Assembly (NCBI GenBank): GCA_964632315.1
Contig: CAZWEM010000029.1
Coordinates: 3,271-55,439, forward strand
Source of the DNA: an uncultured archaeon
GTDB taxonomy: Archaea > Asgardarchaeota > Lokiarchaeia > Sigyniarchaeales > SOKP01
DNA length: 52,169 nt
Direction: 5' to 3'
The position numbers and the translations under genes were made by a program. Of the stretch, positions 28,564-38,659 are shown one piece after another; the first letter of the stretch is position 1, and every line of letters begins with the position of its first letter. The notes under the pieces are model-generated. The model made no database searches and had not been told where the DNA came from. It worked only from the letters and a program-made list of their open reading frames with translations.

Positions 28564-28992
28564 GTGAAACGAATGACTAAGCCAATCACACCTCTCGTTG
28601 CTGTAGATGCTTTAATTAGATATTCTGATGATTCCATTATTTTGATTAAGAGAAAAAATCCTCCTTTTAAAGGGATGTTAGCTCTCCCCGGAGGTTTTGT
28701 TGATATTGGAGAAACAGTAGAAGAAGCATGCATTAGAGAAGCTTTCGAAGAAACGAACATAAAGGTGAAGATCAAAAGATTGATCGGTGTATTTTCGAAG
28801 CCTGATAGAGATCCAAGAGGACACAATATCTCAATAGCATTTTATTGTATTCCTTTATCAAAAAAAGAATTTCCAAAAGCTAAAGATGATGCAATGGATC
28901 TAGAAATTGTTCCAATAAAAGGAATTCCAAAATTAAATCTTGCTTTTGATCATAAAGATATTATAGATGCCTCTGGAATTTTAAATAAATAG
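28564..28992 (+). CDS. NUDIX hydrolase (ADP-ribose pyrophosphatase-like)
   Basis: GGFVDIGETVEEACIREAFEETNI, RDPRGH, LAFDH. Confidence 0.92.
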   Translation: MKRMTKPITPLVAVDALIRYSDDSIILIKRKNPPFKGMLALPGGFVDIGETVEEACIREAFEETNIKVKIKRLIGVFSKPDRDPRGHNISIAFYCIPLSKKEFPKAKDDAMDLEIVPIKGIPKLNLAFDHKDIIDASGILNK

Positions 28993-28995
28993 TCT

Positions 28996-29787
28996 TTACA
29001 AGGGAAATAGTTTCTTATAACATCGGCAACAAGGAATTCCAATAAAAATATTCTGAAAGTGTTTATTTTCAGATTCGTATAATTCATCCATCAGGTTTAA
29101 TAATTTATTCCGCATTTGGATTGAATTAATATCGTTAGAAAAGTAAATTCCTTTAATTGTTTCATAATGCAATTGACTTTTACAAATAGGGCATGTTGAA
29201 AAATTTTCTAGAAATTTTTTAAAATCTTCATCCTCAAGTTCTCTTGGTATTATCGAGAAATTTTCAAGTGGATAATCAGGATCTATCAATCTAACTAAAT
29301 ACTCGAAAATCTCTTCTTTTGAATCTTGGTCCTCATATATTGAGGTAAAGAATACGGTTTCTAAATGGTTTTCTTCGACAAATTGAATTATTTCATTTTC
29401 TTTAATCTCTCGGTTATCTAAATCCTTTTTTGTTCCAATTAGAATTATAGGTACATCTCCTGCCCCTTTCCGCACAGTCTCAATCCAACGCTTTAATTCA
29501 TTGAAAGAACTCCTATTGGATAAATCAAAACAAATCAATCCAGCACAAGCTCCTCTGCAAAAATCTTTAAACATGAATCGAAATCGTGGTTGATCTTTCA
29601 GATCCCACACAAGAAATTTATAGCTATCGTTCTCATTAGCATAGCATTCAACTGATTTAAATGATACACCAATAGGCCAATCATTTTCATTAGATCCATT
29701 TATGAATGAAGTTTTTCCTGAGCCAGATGTCCCTCCTAATATCAATTTAAGCTTGAAAGATTTGCTTATATGGATCACTTCATCCAA
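28996..29787 (-). CDS. Divergent Rab-like small GTPase with C-terminal zinc finger
   Basis: G1 GTSGSGKTS, G3-like WDLKDQ.RF, G4-like GTKKD; C-terminal CPIC...CCRC. Confidence 0.8.
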   Translation of the reverse strand: MDEVIHISKSFKLKLILGGTSGSGKTSFINGSNENDWPIGVSFKSVECYANENDSYKFLVWDLKDQPRFRFMFKDFCRGACAGLICFDLSNRSSFNELKRWIETVRKGAGDVPIILIGTKKDLDNREIKENEIIQFVEENHLETVFFTSIYEDQDSKEEIFEYLVRLIDPDYPLENFSIIPRELEDEDFKKFLENFSTCPICKSQLHYETIKGIYFSNDINSIQMRNKLLNLMDELYESENKHFQNIFIGIPCCRCYKKLFPL

Positions 29788-29847
29788 TTTTTAAAACTTA
29801 ATAAGAGTTAAACCTATTTTTCTAATGTATATTCATTCTAAAAAGGT

Positions 29848-30237
29848 TTATGGTGATTTAATTTCATATAAATTTCCATATTTGTCTTTCAAAAATAAGT
29901 AATAATTTTTTTCATCCCCTTCACGTGGGACTTTCATTACTTGATATTGTAACTTTTTAGCATTTTTTACCAATTTATCTCGATTTTCAATTATTAAACA
30001 GGAATGGGTAAAGACATCCATTGCTCTACTTTTTCCCTTAGTTATGAACACCTCAAAATTAACCTCTAAATTGCTATACCGAATTACTTTATGCTCATCA
30101 TTAATACCAAAAAATTTCCTCATTAGATTACTTGAAACGTTAAAAACTCTCACCTTTTCTAATTCAAGTAATCTTATAAAAAATTCATCACTTTCTTCTT
30201 CATTATTAGCTGCTACCGCTAAATGTTCAATTTTCAT
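29848..30237 (-). CDS. VOC/glyoxalase family protein
   Basis: MKIEHLA, FEVF, THSC, FLKDKYGNLYEIK. Confidence 0.82.
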   Translation of the reverse strand: MKIEHLAVAANNEEESDEFFIRLLELEKVRVFNVSSNLMRKFFGINDEHKVIRYSNLEVNFEVFITKGKSRAMDVFTHSCLIIENRDKLVKNAKKLQYQVMKVPREGDEKNYYLFLKDKYGNLYEIKSP

Positions 30238-30415
30238 AATATCTTCATACCAAATTTTTCTGATAAATTATAAGAATCAGTTCCATAAAAGCATTTTAGC
30301 ACTTAACAAAAATATAATTTTTTCCATAAAAAACTCATCAAGCTTTTTAAATTTTGAAGTTTATTAATTATTAAATTAATGTGATCAGTTGAGTTAAGGT
30401 TAAGGTAAAGTAAGA

Positions 30416-31264
30416 ATGACGAACGTTAGAGAGAGTGAATTTATCAATAAATTATATGAAGAGGTGTACAAACTCTCCTCCATCTCGAAAACGCAAGTTT
30501 ATCGGTTTAAAAAAGAGTGGAATTTGCACTTAACCTCCTTTAAGACTAAACCTCATTTGATTCGAAACATTTCAGTTCAAAAGGATAGATTTCTAAATGA
30601 TATTGATTATAGAATTTCTATTTTAAATACTGTTAAATTAGCTTTTGAAGATTGTTTTCACACAATCAAATCTCTTTTAATTGTGTTATATAAAGAATAT
30701 CTAAATGAATCAGATTTATTTTTACAAGGTTTTAATGAACAAGATCAATTGGTTCTAAAATACTTCATCGCATATAAGATATTAGGTGATCTAATTCAAT
30801 ATAATACGATGGATCACGATACTATTCCAATAAAGTTTAATTTATTGGCGAGGAACTATTTAATGTTCAAAATGAAAGGCTTGAATGACGATGAAATCTT
30901 AGAAAACTTGAAAAAAATCAAAATTTTACTCTCTTATGAAGAACTAAAAGATGTTTTAAACCAAATTATTGAAGATGGATTTCTAATGAAATCTAACGAT
31001 AATAAGTATACCTTGAAAAAAGAACTAATATTATCTAATGAAGGGGAACAGCAGTATAATAAATTGCTTAGACCTTTAATTGATTGGCCTACAGGGATGT
31101 GGCGCAGTTTCTATAATATACGAGAATTAAATGTCAATATTAGTAATAATGGAGAGGAAAATGTTAAATTAAATAAAATTCTAGAAAAATCAGCGACTCA
31201 AGGATATGCCGCTTGTCACTATGTTTTTGATAATTTGATAAAATATTACGAGCAATCTAAATAA
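30416..31264 (+). CDS. Hypothetical protein (possible internal winged helix)
   Basis: Long ORF; segment ELKDVLNQIIEDGFLMKS..KYTL resembles a wHTH wing. Confidence 0.6.
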   Translation: MTNVRESEFINKLYEEVYKLSSISKTQVYRFKKEWNLHLTSFKTKPHLIRNISVQKDRFLNDIDYRISILNTVKLAFEDCFHTIKSLLIVLYKEYLNESDLFLQGFNEQDQLVLKYFIAYKILGDLIQYNTMDHDTIPIKFNLLARNYLMFKMKGLNDDEILENLKKIKILLSYEELKDVLNQIIEDGFLMKSNDNKYTLKKELILSNEGEQQYNKLLRPLIDWPTGMWRSFYNIRELNVNISNNGEENVKLNKILEKSATQGYAACHYVFDNLIKYYEQSK

Positions 31265-31268
31265 CTTT

Positions 31269-32147
31269 TTAATTGAAATCCTTAGTTTTTAATACTGGAA
31301 TGTCAAACTCTTCCAATATCGGAATTAAATGCTGTTTTCCTTCAGAATTAATTCCCTTCCAGTCAATTACAAAACAGTCAACTTTCTCAACTGTGTTCTT
31401 TATCATGAGGTTAATAATTGAATCATCAAGATCCATGATGAAATATTTAGGGCATATAAAGGAAAAAGCAATATCATTATAGATTAATATCCGACTAAAA
31501 TTTGGAGCATAATGCGTTCCTCCAAATCCCAGTCCTATTCGATTATCAAGATGACTCATAATCTCATATTTAGTTATTGTATTGATAATACTGTCGGCAA
31601 CCACTTTTGCAGCCTTTTCATTTTTCCAATCTTTAATGGTGCTGCCTAATTCCATAAAGATTAAAGGCTTATCTAAGATCGTAGGTCCATGATGAGTCAC
31701 TTCCATATCAATCGGAAAACCGGACAATCCTGAAGACTTGGTATTTTCGACGAGACATTCATATCCAGATTTAAGAAGTAAAGCACTCGCTTTTGATAAA
31801 TCTTTAGGAATTCCTCCAAAATCGGCATCTTTATTCCAATTTCCCGTCGTATGTATCAGTAAAGAAGGTCGAGAAGTTTTCGACACATGCCTACTAGCAA
31901 ATATGACAAAATCTGGGTCAAAATTATATAGTTTTAGATCATCAAGATATATCAATCTTTCATCGGTTAAACCAAGATATACTTTTGAAGATTGAGATCC
32001 TTCTGTAGACCTTAATTGATACAAATCATTCTCGTGCCATTTAAAGTCAGTTTTATTAAACTTATATCGGCCAGATTTTAATAAATTGCATCGGATATTC
32101 ATCGAAGCTTTATCTTCAGTTGAACTAATAATTAAAAAGCTTGACAT
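31269..32147 (-). CDS. dtdA: D-aminoacyl-tRNA deacylase (archaeal DtdA/DTD2)
   Basis: D.AS.NI, FASRH.S, HTTGN, EVTHHGP, ELGS, GFGGTHYAP, DWKG. Confidence 0.92.
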   Translation of the reverse strand: MSSFLIISSTEDKASMNIRCNLLKSGRYKFNKTDFKWHENDLYQLRSTEGSQSSKVYLGLTDERLIYLDDLKLYNFDPDFVIFASRHVSKTSRPSLLIHTTGNWNKDADFGGIPKDLSKASALLLKSGYECLVENTKSSGLSGFPIDMEVTHHGPTILDKPLIFMELGSTIKDWKNEKAAKVVADSIINTITKYEIMSHLDNRIGLGFGGTHYAPNFSRILIYNDIAFSFICPKYFIMDLDDSIINLMIKNTVEKVDCFVIDWKGINSEGKQHLIPILEEFDIPVLKTKDFN

Positions 32148-32225
32148 TGTTATTATCTATTATTAATTAGTAATAAACTATGTAATCTAAAAAATTTAAA
32201 ATATCTTTTTGATAAAATAAATATA

Positions 32226-33200
32226 ATGGCTATTCAATTCTTATTAGTTATATCGATCTCGTTAGTGATGGGGACAGTATTTTTTTTCACAGATTTATAT
32301 GAGAAAAAACATCCAAGAATGCATATCTCCCTAATAGCTGGTATTTCGCTTTCATATTTTTTCTTAGTTATCCTCCCTGAGATTTCGGAAAATATTCCAG
32401 AATATCCTTTTAACATAACAATTTTTGAATATCTTTTTGTTGTTTTGGGCTTCGTGTTTGTACACGTTTCCGAAAAAATGATTCTCCAAAAAGTAGAGCT
32501 TAATTCTCAGAAAAGAATGAGAAAATTAATGATTAAGGAAAGAACTCTCGAAAATGTAGAAAAAAATATTGAACTAGTTCTTGCAAGAGAAATTAACAAC
32601 GAAAAATTAGATGAATATGCATTAAAAGATATTGCTAGTGCCTTAAATAGCTTAAATAAACAAGAAGAGGAATTTAAATCAGAAATCAATCAATATAAAA
32701 TAAAAATCCAAACGCATATTAGTGAAGATCTAAGAAGGCTTCGGTTTTTTACTAATTTCACTTACCATTTTCTCATAGGTGTGATTATTGTAGGATTATT
32801 AAGAGATGAGCTAATAACTAATCCCATAATACCAACGATACTATTCTTCTTTTTTGCATGGTTTAGAGCTTTAATTTCACTTAGGACTGAGGCTCCTCAA
32901 ATTTTTTCTGATCTTGATATTTGTGAAATAAACATTGATAGAAATTCCAGACAGAGATATTTACTTTCAGGCTCAACATTATTAGGAGTAATGATTGGAC
33001 TAATTTTAGAAATAGTCTATCCAATTCAACTTGAATTAATATACGTTCTGTATTCCTTCATATCTGGTGTAATCATGTATTCAATATTTAGAGAAGTAAT
33101 TCCTCAGAAAGAAAAAGGAAAATCCTTATATTTCCTAATTGGATTTTTTGGATTTACCGTATTAATAGTTATAATAAACATATTCACGAATATACTATAA
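32226..33200 (+). CDS. ZIP-like membrane protein with cytoplasmic coiled-coil insertion
   Basis: AGIS..YFFL..LPE and SFISG.I.Y...REVIP motifs; about 8 TM; about 80-aa K/E-rich insert after TM3. Confidence 0.6.
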   Translation: MAIQFLLVISISLVMGTVFFFTDLYEKKHPRMHISLIAGISLSYFFLVILPEISENIPEYPFNITIFEYLFVVLGFVFVHVSEKMILQKVELNSQKRMRKLMIKERTLENVEKNIELVLAREINNEKLDEYALKDIASALNSLNKQEEEFKSEINQYKIKIQTHISEDLRRLRFFTNFTYHFLIGVIIVGLLRDELITNPIIPTILFFFFAWFRALISLRTEAPQIFSDLDICEINIDRNSRQRYLLSGSTLLGVMIGLILEIVYPIQLELIYVLYSFISGVIMYSIFREVIPQKEKGKSLYFLIGFFGFTVLIVIINIFTNIL

Positions 33201-33217
33201 AAATAAAAATAATAAAA

Positions 33218-35122
33218 TTAGATCCCTAATTTCTTTCGATTTTCTTCGATGTGATTAAGAATTGACTCAACTGCTTCTTGAGTATCCACTTCAATATGTA
33301 GAATGCCTCCCGTGATATTTTTACAATCTTCAGTTAAAAGCTTGACCAGATCGGGGCCTCCAGTAACAGTAGGAACAGGATTCACATACGTATATAATCC
33401 AAAAGCCAAGGCAAAAACTGCATCTATCGTAGCTTTCTGTTCCATGTATTCGGGAGCTACCGCAACAACAGGTAAATCAGGGATTGAGACACCTCCAAGA
33501 GCTTTTGAAATTTCACCAACTAAATCAGCAACTCTTCCTGTATCTGTACATGTACCATAGCTTAAAACTGGTGGAATATTCAATTTTTCACAGAGAACTT
33601 TTAATCCTGACCCTGCTAATTCTCGAGCCTCCGGTGAGCATAATCCTCCAACTTGTACTGCTCCATTACCGCAACCCATTGACAAAACTAGAATATCTCT
33701 CTTTATCAATTCTTTTGCCATATCGATCACATGCACATCTTGACCAAAATCTCGTAATGTAGTACATGAAACTAATGCAGCCACACCTCGGATATCACCT
33801 CGTTTAATCGCATCAAGTAAGGGTTCAAGACTTCCTCCTAATGCATTTACTATGCTTTCCGTTGAAAATCCAACAATTGCCTCGGTCATATTTAATCCTC
33901 TGACAGGTTCGATTGAAGAATGACGATCCGCAAAATTATCAATAGCCATTTGGATGAGTTGCTCAGCTTGTTTTTCGGCAAATTCAGGTTCGTAATTCAA
34001 ACGATCTTCTATCCCTTCAAACGCAACGACATCACTTACTGGAATTAATTTAAATTTATACTTTTCAGCGTATTTTGGATCAATTGGCATGGAACAATTC
34101 ATATCACAAGCAAATAAATCTACACATCCACTTGCTAATACTGCTTCTTGCATTATCCAATTACCTGTAAACCCATAAAAAACATCGTCCATTTCCCATC
34201 GTTGGATCATTTCTTGACCAGTTTCAATATTGGCTATAATTCTTAGTCCTTTTGCCCCAACGGATCTTGCTTTTTCTTGCCATTCTGGTTTTCTTGCTGC
34301 CTGCACCATCGCAAACCCTAAGAACGGTTCATGCCCATTTGGTAGTATATTAACATAATCTGGGTCCAAAACTCCAAGATCTACCCGCATTTTATGAGGT
34401 TTGGGAATATTGAATAAAATGTCTTGACAAAATTCATTGACAATTTGGCTTTGATATGCCATTGCTATTCCCAGTCGCATCGCTTTAAGTGCTAAGCTTG
34501 CATAGTATCCATCCACATTCGTAAGACAAGAACTTGTAGAGAACATCATTTCACCATGGATTCCTCCTGGAAAGATATCTAATTTTTCCCAAACTTCTTG
34601 CCTTTCTTTTGGAGCAAGAGCCCTTACAATCTTACTTTTCTCATAATGGGGTCTATTGAAATCTTCTATGACAAAATCGCATAGACGAAATGTAATTTCC
34701 TCCGTTGAACCAGAAGTATCTAATCCTAATCTCTCTGCAAAAGATTTAAGCTTCCCTGGTTCAGATATCTTAAAAGGAGTTTTTCCCTCAACTGTACTTC
34801 TTAAAGTCTTGATCGTTTGATCTGTGTGATAATGATAAGTTGAAGCGCCCATTACATTTCTCAATAACATCATGCGCATTGCCATTCCATCTGCCGTGAT
34901 TCCACACACCCCACGTTTATCAATTGAAACATCAGCACGACAAGGACCATTAGAACATAAATCACATCTCGCTCCTTTTAAGCAAAATGGACATCTTTTA
35001 TCAGGATCACTTCCAAAACCTTGAGCTTCAAATCGATCCCATATGTTGTTCATTTCATCTTTTTTAATACGTTCATAAACCTTTCTGACAGAATCGTGAT
35101 ACGACAATCTTTTACCTTCCAT
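33218..35122 (-). CDS. cooS: CooS/HCP-superfamily protein, divergent (CooS-V-like) carbon monoxide dehydrogenase
   Basis: CPFC...CDLCSNGPC...GVCG, NGH, IETGQE, DMNC, VSCT, MGC, YGTCTD, PEYMEQKA. Confidence 0.88.
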   Translation of the reverse strand: MEGKRLSYHDSVRKVYERIKKDEMNNIWDRFEAQGFGSDPDKRCPFCLKGARCDLCSNGPCRADVSIDKRGVCGITADGMAMRMMLLRNVMGASTYHYHTDQTIKTLRSTVEGKTPFKISEPGKLKSFAERLGLDTSGSTEEITFRLCDFVIEDFNRPHYEKSKIVRALAPKERQEVWEKLDIFPGGIHGEMMFSTSSCLTNVDGYYASLALKAMRLGIAMAYQSQIVNEFCQDILFNIPKPHKMRVDLGVLDPDYVNILPNGHEPFLGFAMVQAARKPEWQEKARSVGAKGLRIIANIETGQEMIQRWEMDDVFYGFTGNWIMQEAVLASGCVDLFACDMNCSMPIDPKYAEKYKFKLIPVSDVVAFEGIEDRLNYEPEFAEKQAEQLIQMAIDNFADRHSSIEPVRGLNMTEAIVGFSTESIVNALGGSLEPLLDAIKRGDIRGVAALVSCTTLRDFGQDVHVIDMAKELIKRDILVLSMGCGNGAVQVGGLCSPEARELAGSGLKVLCEKLNIPPVLSYGTCTDTGRVADLVGEISKALGGVSIPDLPVVAVAPEYMEQKATIDAVFALAFGLYTYVNPVPTVTGGPDLVKLLTEDCKNITGGILHIEVDTQEAVESILNHIEENRKKLGI

Positions 35123-35504
35123 TTTAATACCTCTGATAACTCTTTTTAATTTATTTGTTGTTTTAATTTGAATTTATATCATTTTATTATAAATATAAAG
35201 ATTAATACGAACAAGTTCTAAATATGCCAGAAAACTCTTTTTTAATTTTATTGGATATAGATTAAATTAAGAAAAATCTTGTATAATCCTATACCGTTTT
35301 CCTAACTTGTCGTAGGCTTGATGAAAGCGAACATGAATTCATATAATTCCATTCTTTTTTAAAATAAAATATTTATGAATTAAAACTTTTAATTGATAGT
35401 AACCAATAAAATCTAAGATCATGATTTTTATATTCTTTGATTAATAGTACGAATCTTTATATCTATTATACTTGATTCATTACTAGAAAGGTGAGATACT
35501 CATT

Positions 35505-36080
35505 ATGATAAAAAAAAGTTTTAATGATTTATTGGAAATCGATGATGACGACAAGAAGATTATCGAGATGATAGAGCGAAATCCAAGCATTACTCACTCT
35601 GAAATTGCTCGAGAGATCGAAAAGTCACAACCAGCAGTCGGAGCACGTATTATCAAGCTTGAAAGGAAGAATTTACTTACTAAGCAAGTAGGGTTTAATA
35701 TAAAAAAGGTTGACATTAAAACAGCTATAGTATTTATTTCTACCAAAGATGTGGACTATGTTGTAGAAAAAGTAGAACAATGTCCTTTTATTAATCATGC
35801 ATTTAAGATCTCCGGCGAATTTAATCTTCTATGCTTTATTTCGGCAGCAGATCTCCAAACTATTGAAAAGCTAGTTGATGTATGTTTTAGAAAAGATCCA
35901 AACGTCATAAATGTGAAGACTAATATATTGATTGACTCAGTTCATGATTTTGTAGTTCCAATTGATTTTCAAATTGAAAAGTTTGACTTTCATGCTGCTA
36001 ATTGCGGTCCAGAATGTAACATAAACGTAAACTTACCAAAATATAAGTTTACCAAAGTTGAAGAAGAAGAAGAAGAATAA
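35505..36080 (+). CDS. Lrp/AsnC family regulator with Cys motifs
   Basis: DDDDKKII...THSEIA...SQPAVGARI.KL; CPF, SGEFN, CGPEC; GGTGA RBS. Confidence 0.88.
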   Translation: MIKKSFNDLLEIDDDDKKIIEMIERNPSITHSEIAREIEKSQPAVGARIIKLERKNLLTKQVGFNIKKVDIKTAIVFISTKDVDYVVEKVEQCPFINHAFKISGEFNLLCFISAADLQTIEKLVDVCFRKDPNVINVKTNILIDSVHDFVVPIDFQIEKFDFHAANCGPECNINVNLPKYKFTKVEEEEEE

Positions 36081-36091
36081 ATTAAAATTCT

Positions 36092-36637
36092 CTATTTATC
36101 CAGCAAACCTTTTGCTTTAGCAATCTTATACTTGCATTTATCCCCACAGCCATCTTCTAATGTGGGATCGTGATTTTCTGAATCAAAATCAATAGGTAAG
36201 ATGAGATCTTTTGCAATTTCAGTAACAACTTCCATTGAACTTGCTTGAACATCTGGATTATTTCGAAAATGATAATTCACGATATTATCTAACTTATCAA
36301 GTTTAGAACTGGCAAGGATGATGCAAATATTATGGGCTCCACTCAATCTGAAAGCATTCAACATGAATGGGCAACATTTAGCCATATCAATAATCTCTTC
36401 AGGTTTTCTCGTGTTAACTTCAACGGTAGCAAGGAAAAGATCAACTCGTTTAAAGTTAATCCCCGGTTGGAATTGTAGAATTCCTTCTTTCTCTAGCTTC
36501 TTTATGCGCATGCCAACAGTTGGTTGGCTTCGATTAATTCTTTCAGCAATTTCTGTATGGGTGAGGTTTGGATCTTCTTGAACAAGAGTAATAATTTGGC
36601 GATCTATATCATCAAGCTTTAATTTGTCTGAAATCAT
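36092..36637 (-). CDS. Lrp/AsnC family regulator with Cys motifs (paralog)
   Basis: LDDIDRQII...THTEIA...SQPTVGMRI.KL; CCPF, SGAHN, CGDKC. Confidence 0.88.
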   Translation of the reverse strand: MISDKLKLDDIDRQIITLVQEDPNLTHTEIAERINRSQPTVGMRIKKLEKEGILQFQPGINFKRVDLFLATVEVNTRKPEEIIDMAKCCPFMLNAFRLSGAHNICIILASSKLDKLDNIVNYHFRNNPDVQASSMEVVTEIAKDLILPIDFDSENHDPTLEDGCGDKCKYKIAKAKGLLDK

Positions 36638-36825
36638 AAAATTATCCCTAATTTGTTATATTTTCCTTATTAATTAATAATTGCTCATCATTTATAATTT
36701 ATAAGGTATTTTATCAAGAATGATCATTCTCATAGCCTTTTTGATTCATAATCGAAATTAATTCGAAAAAGCTTAAAATCCTTTATTTAAAGATAATTAT
36801 TTTTTAGATCTTAGTCCAGAATAAG

Positions 36826-37065
36826 TTAATCAATTGTGATCGCCTCTAATTTGCAAGCTGTGGTACACATATGGCATTTTACACACCTATCCTCCCTTTC
36901 TTCGATCACAATACTTTTTGGTTCGCTGTCTTTATTAATAACTTTATAAATTCCTCGAAAACAAGCATCTTCACAACTATATGCTTTACATTCTTTACAC
37001 TTGTTTGTGTCAATATGATGGAATTTATAATCATCAATACTAGTCGACTTATCAGTGTCACTCAT
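36826..37065 (-). CDS. 2[4Fe-4S]-type ferredoxin
   Basis: CKECKAYSCEDAC and CVKCHMCTTAC. Confidence 0.85.
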   Translation of the reverse strand: MSDTDKSTSIDDYKFHHIDTNKCKECKAYSCEDACFRGIYKVINKDSEPKSIVIEEREDRCVKCHMCTTACKLEAITID

Positions 37066-37182
37066 TAATTCTAATTAACTAATCAGAATTATTATCTATT
37101 AAGATTATATTCTATAATATAACCATTTAACTTACAAACATTAATACTTAGCTTAAAGTTAAGAAAAGGTTTAGGATTTTTC

Positions 37183-37851
37183 ATGGAATTCAGCCACATG
37201 CATTTATTCACATTACCAAATTTAAAGGAGGGCACCTTTCTTGATCGTCCTAATAGATTTGTGGGTATTATAGAATATCGATCAAAAGTTTATCAAGCTC
37301 ACATTCATGATCCAGGAAGACTTACTGAATTATTGGTAGAAGGTAGGAAAGTATTGTTCAACGATTCTCGAGGGAAACTTGATTACTATATTCGTGCAGT
37401 CAAGACTGATGAAGAATGGGTTCTCATTGATACGGCACAACATTCTAAAATTGCGACGCACCTTTTTGAAAAACTTCCAGCTTATTCTCACATAAAAGAT
37501 ATAAGACGAGAGGTTCCAGTTGGAAAAAGTAGAATCGATTTTTTGTTGGATGGAGTCCCTTTAGAAGTAAAAGGAGTTACACTAGTAAAAGATGAGTTGG
37601 CGTTATTTCCCGATGCCCCAACTGAACGAGGTACTAGACATGTGAAAGAAATAATAGAAAATAAGGGGAAAATTATGTTCTTGATATTTAGAGATGCTAA
37701 ACGCTTTGGACCGAATCAAGAAACAGATCCAAAATTTACTCAAAAATTATCTGAAGCTAGGTCAAAAGGAATTCAAATAATTACAGCTAAGATAAGTTTT
37801 GATGGTTCCAGACTTTATTATGAGGGAAGCATCCCATTGTTTGATTTTTAA
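37183..37851 (+). CDS. sfsA: SfsA DNA/RNA nuclease
   Basis: RPNRF, HDPGRL.EL, SRIDF, EVKGVTL, FPDAPTERG.RH. Confidence 0.92.
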   Translation: MEFSHMHLFTLPNLKEGTFLDRPNRFVGIIEYRSKVYQAHIHDPGRLTELLVEGRKVLFNDSRGKLDYYIRAVKTDEEWVLIDTAQHSKIATHLFEKLPAYSHIKDIRREVPVGKSRIDFLLDGVPLEVKGVTLVKDELALFPDAPTERGTRHVKEIIENKGKIMFLIFRDAKRFGPNQETDPKFTQKLSEARSKGIQIITAKISFDGSRLYYEGSIPLFDF

Positions 37852-37990
37852 TTGACGTTCCCTATATCTTTTTTTAGACTATAGCTAAAGACATTAATAA
37901 TTTTATATTTCATTAGCAGAAGTTTTAAAATAGCAAATTTTCATTAATGAATGTCGAAAATCAATTTGAATATAAATAGGAAGTGAAATT

Positions 37991-38299
37991 ATGACAGAAG
38001 AAAAAGAAAAATTTATATCATCTCCAGATGTTTGTTCTTGGGCGGATGATGAGACGGAGAACTATCATTTTGAAATCACTATGCCCGGTGTCGAAAAAGA
38101 TTCGATTAAGTTAAAAATTCATGAAGATTCATTTTTTGTGAAAGGGGAGACTGAAAACACGGTTTATGTTGGTAGCTACGCAATATGTTGTCCAGTTAAA
38201 CCCGAAGAAACTAAAGCTGTATATAAAAATGGGATTCTCAAAATAGATGTTCCATTTAAAGATCCGATGGAAGATTCTGTTGATGTTACCATAGAATAA
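37991..38299 (+). CDS. Hsp20/alpha-crystallin family protein
   Basis: EITMPGVEKD, A.YKNGILKI, C-terminal V-T-I motif. Confidence 0.88.
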   Translation: MTEEKEKFISSPDVCSWADDETENYHFEITMPGVEKDSIKLKIHEDSFFVKGETENTVYVGSYAICCPVKPEETKAVYKNGILKIDVPFKDPMEDSVDVTIE

Positions 38300-38319
38300 A
38301 ACGAGTAAGAGGGATATAA

Positions 38320-38628
38320 ATGTCTGAAGAAATAGAAAAAACTTATGTATCACCGGAATTATTCATGCATCCGGATGATGATCATAAAAATTATTTGATA
38401 GAAATTAATCTACCAGGAGTAGAAAAAGAGAAAATTAAGCTAAAAATGCTTGAAGATTCATTCTTCATAAGAGGTGAACGGGAAGATACAATATATATTG
38501 GTACATATGCAGTATGTTGTCCAATCTCGCCAGAAAAAGCGAAAGCACGATTAAAAAACGGTCAATTGAAAATAGAAGTACCTTTCAAGGAATCTGAATT
38601 TCACAGCATTGAAGTGAATATCGAATAG
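38320..38628 (+). CDS. Hsp20/alpha-crystallin family protein (paralog)
   Basis: EINLPGVEKE, KNGQLKI, V-N-I motif. Confidence 0.88.
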   Translation: MSEEIEKTYVSPELFMHPDDDHKNYLIEINLPGVEKEKIKLKMLEDSFFIRGEREDTIYIGTYAVCCPISPEKAKARLKNGQLKIEVPFKESEFHSIEVNIE

Positions 38629-38659
38629 CTTTTTTTCCTTTTCTTTTTTTTAATATCAT

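Noticed and set aside
33218-35122. Evidence of Wood-Ljungdahl CODH/ACS
   Set aside because: Altered C-cluster ligands and no ACS/maturation genes nearby
35310-35350. TGATGA-containing segment as C/D sRNA or hammerhead
   Set aside because: No box D (CTGA) or ribozyme helices at suitable spacing
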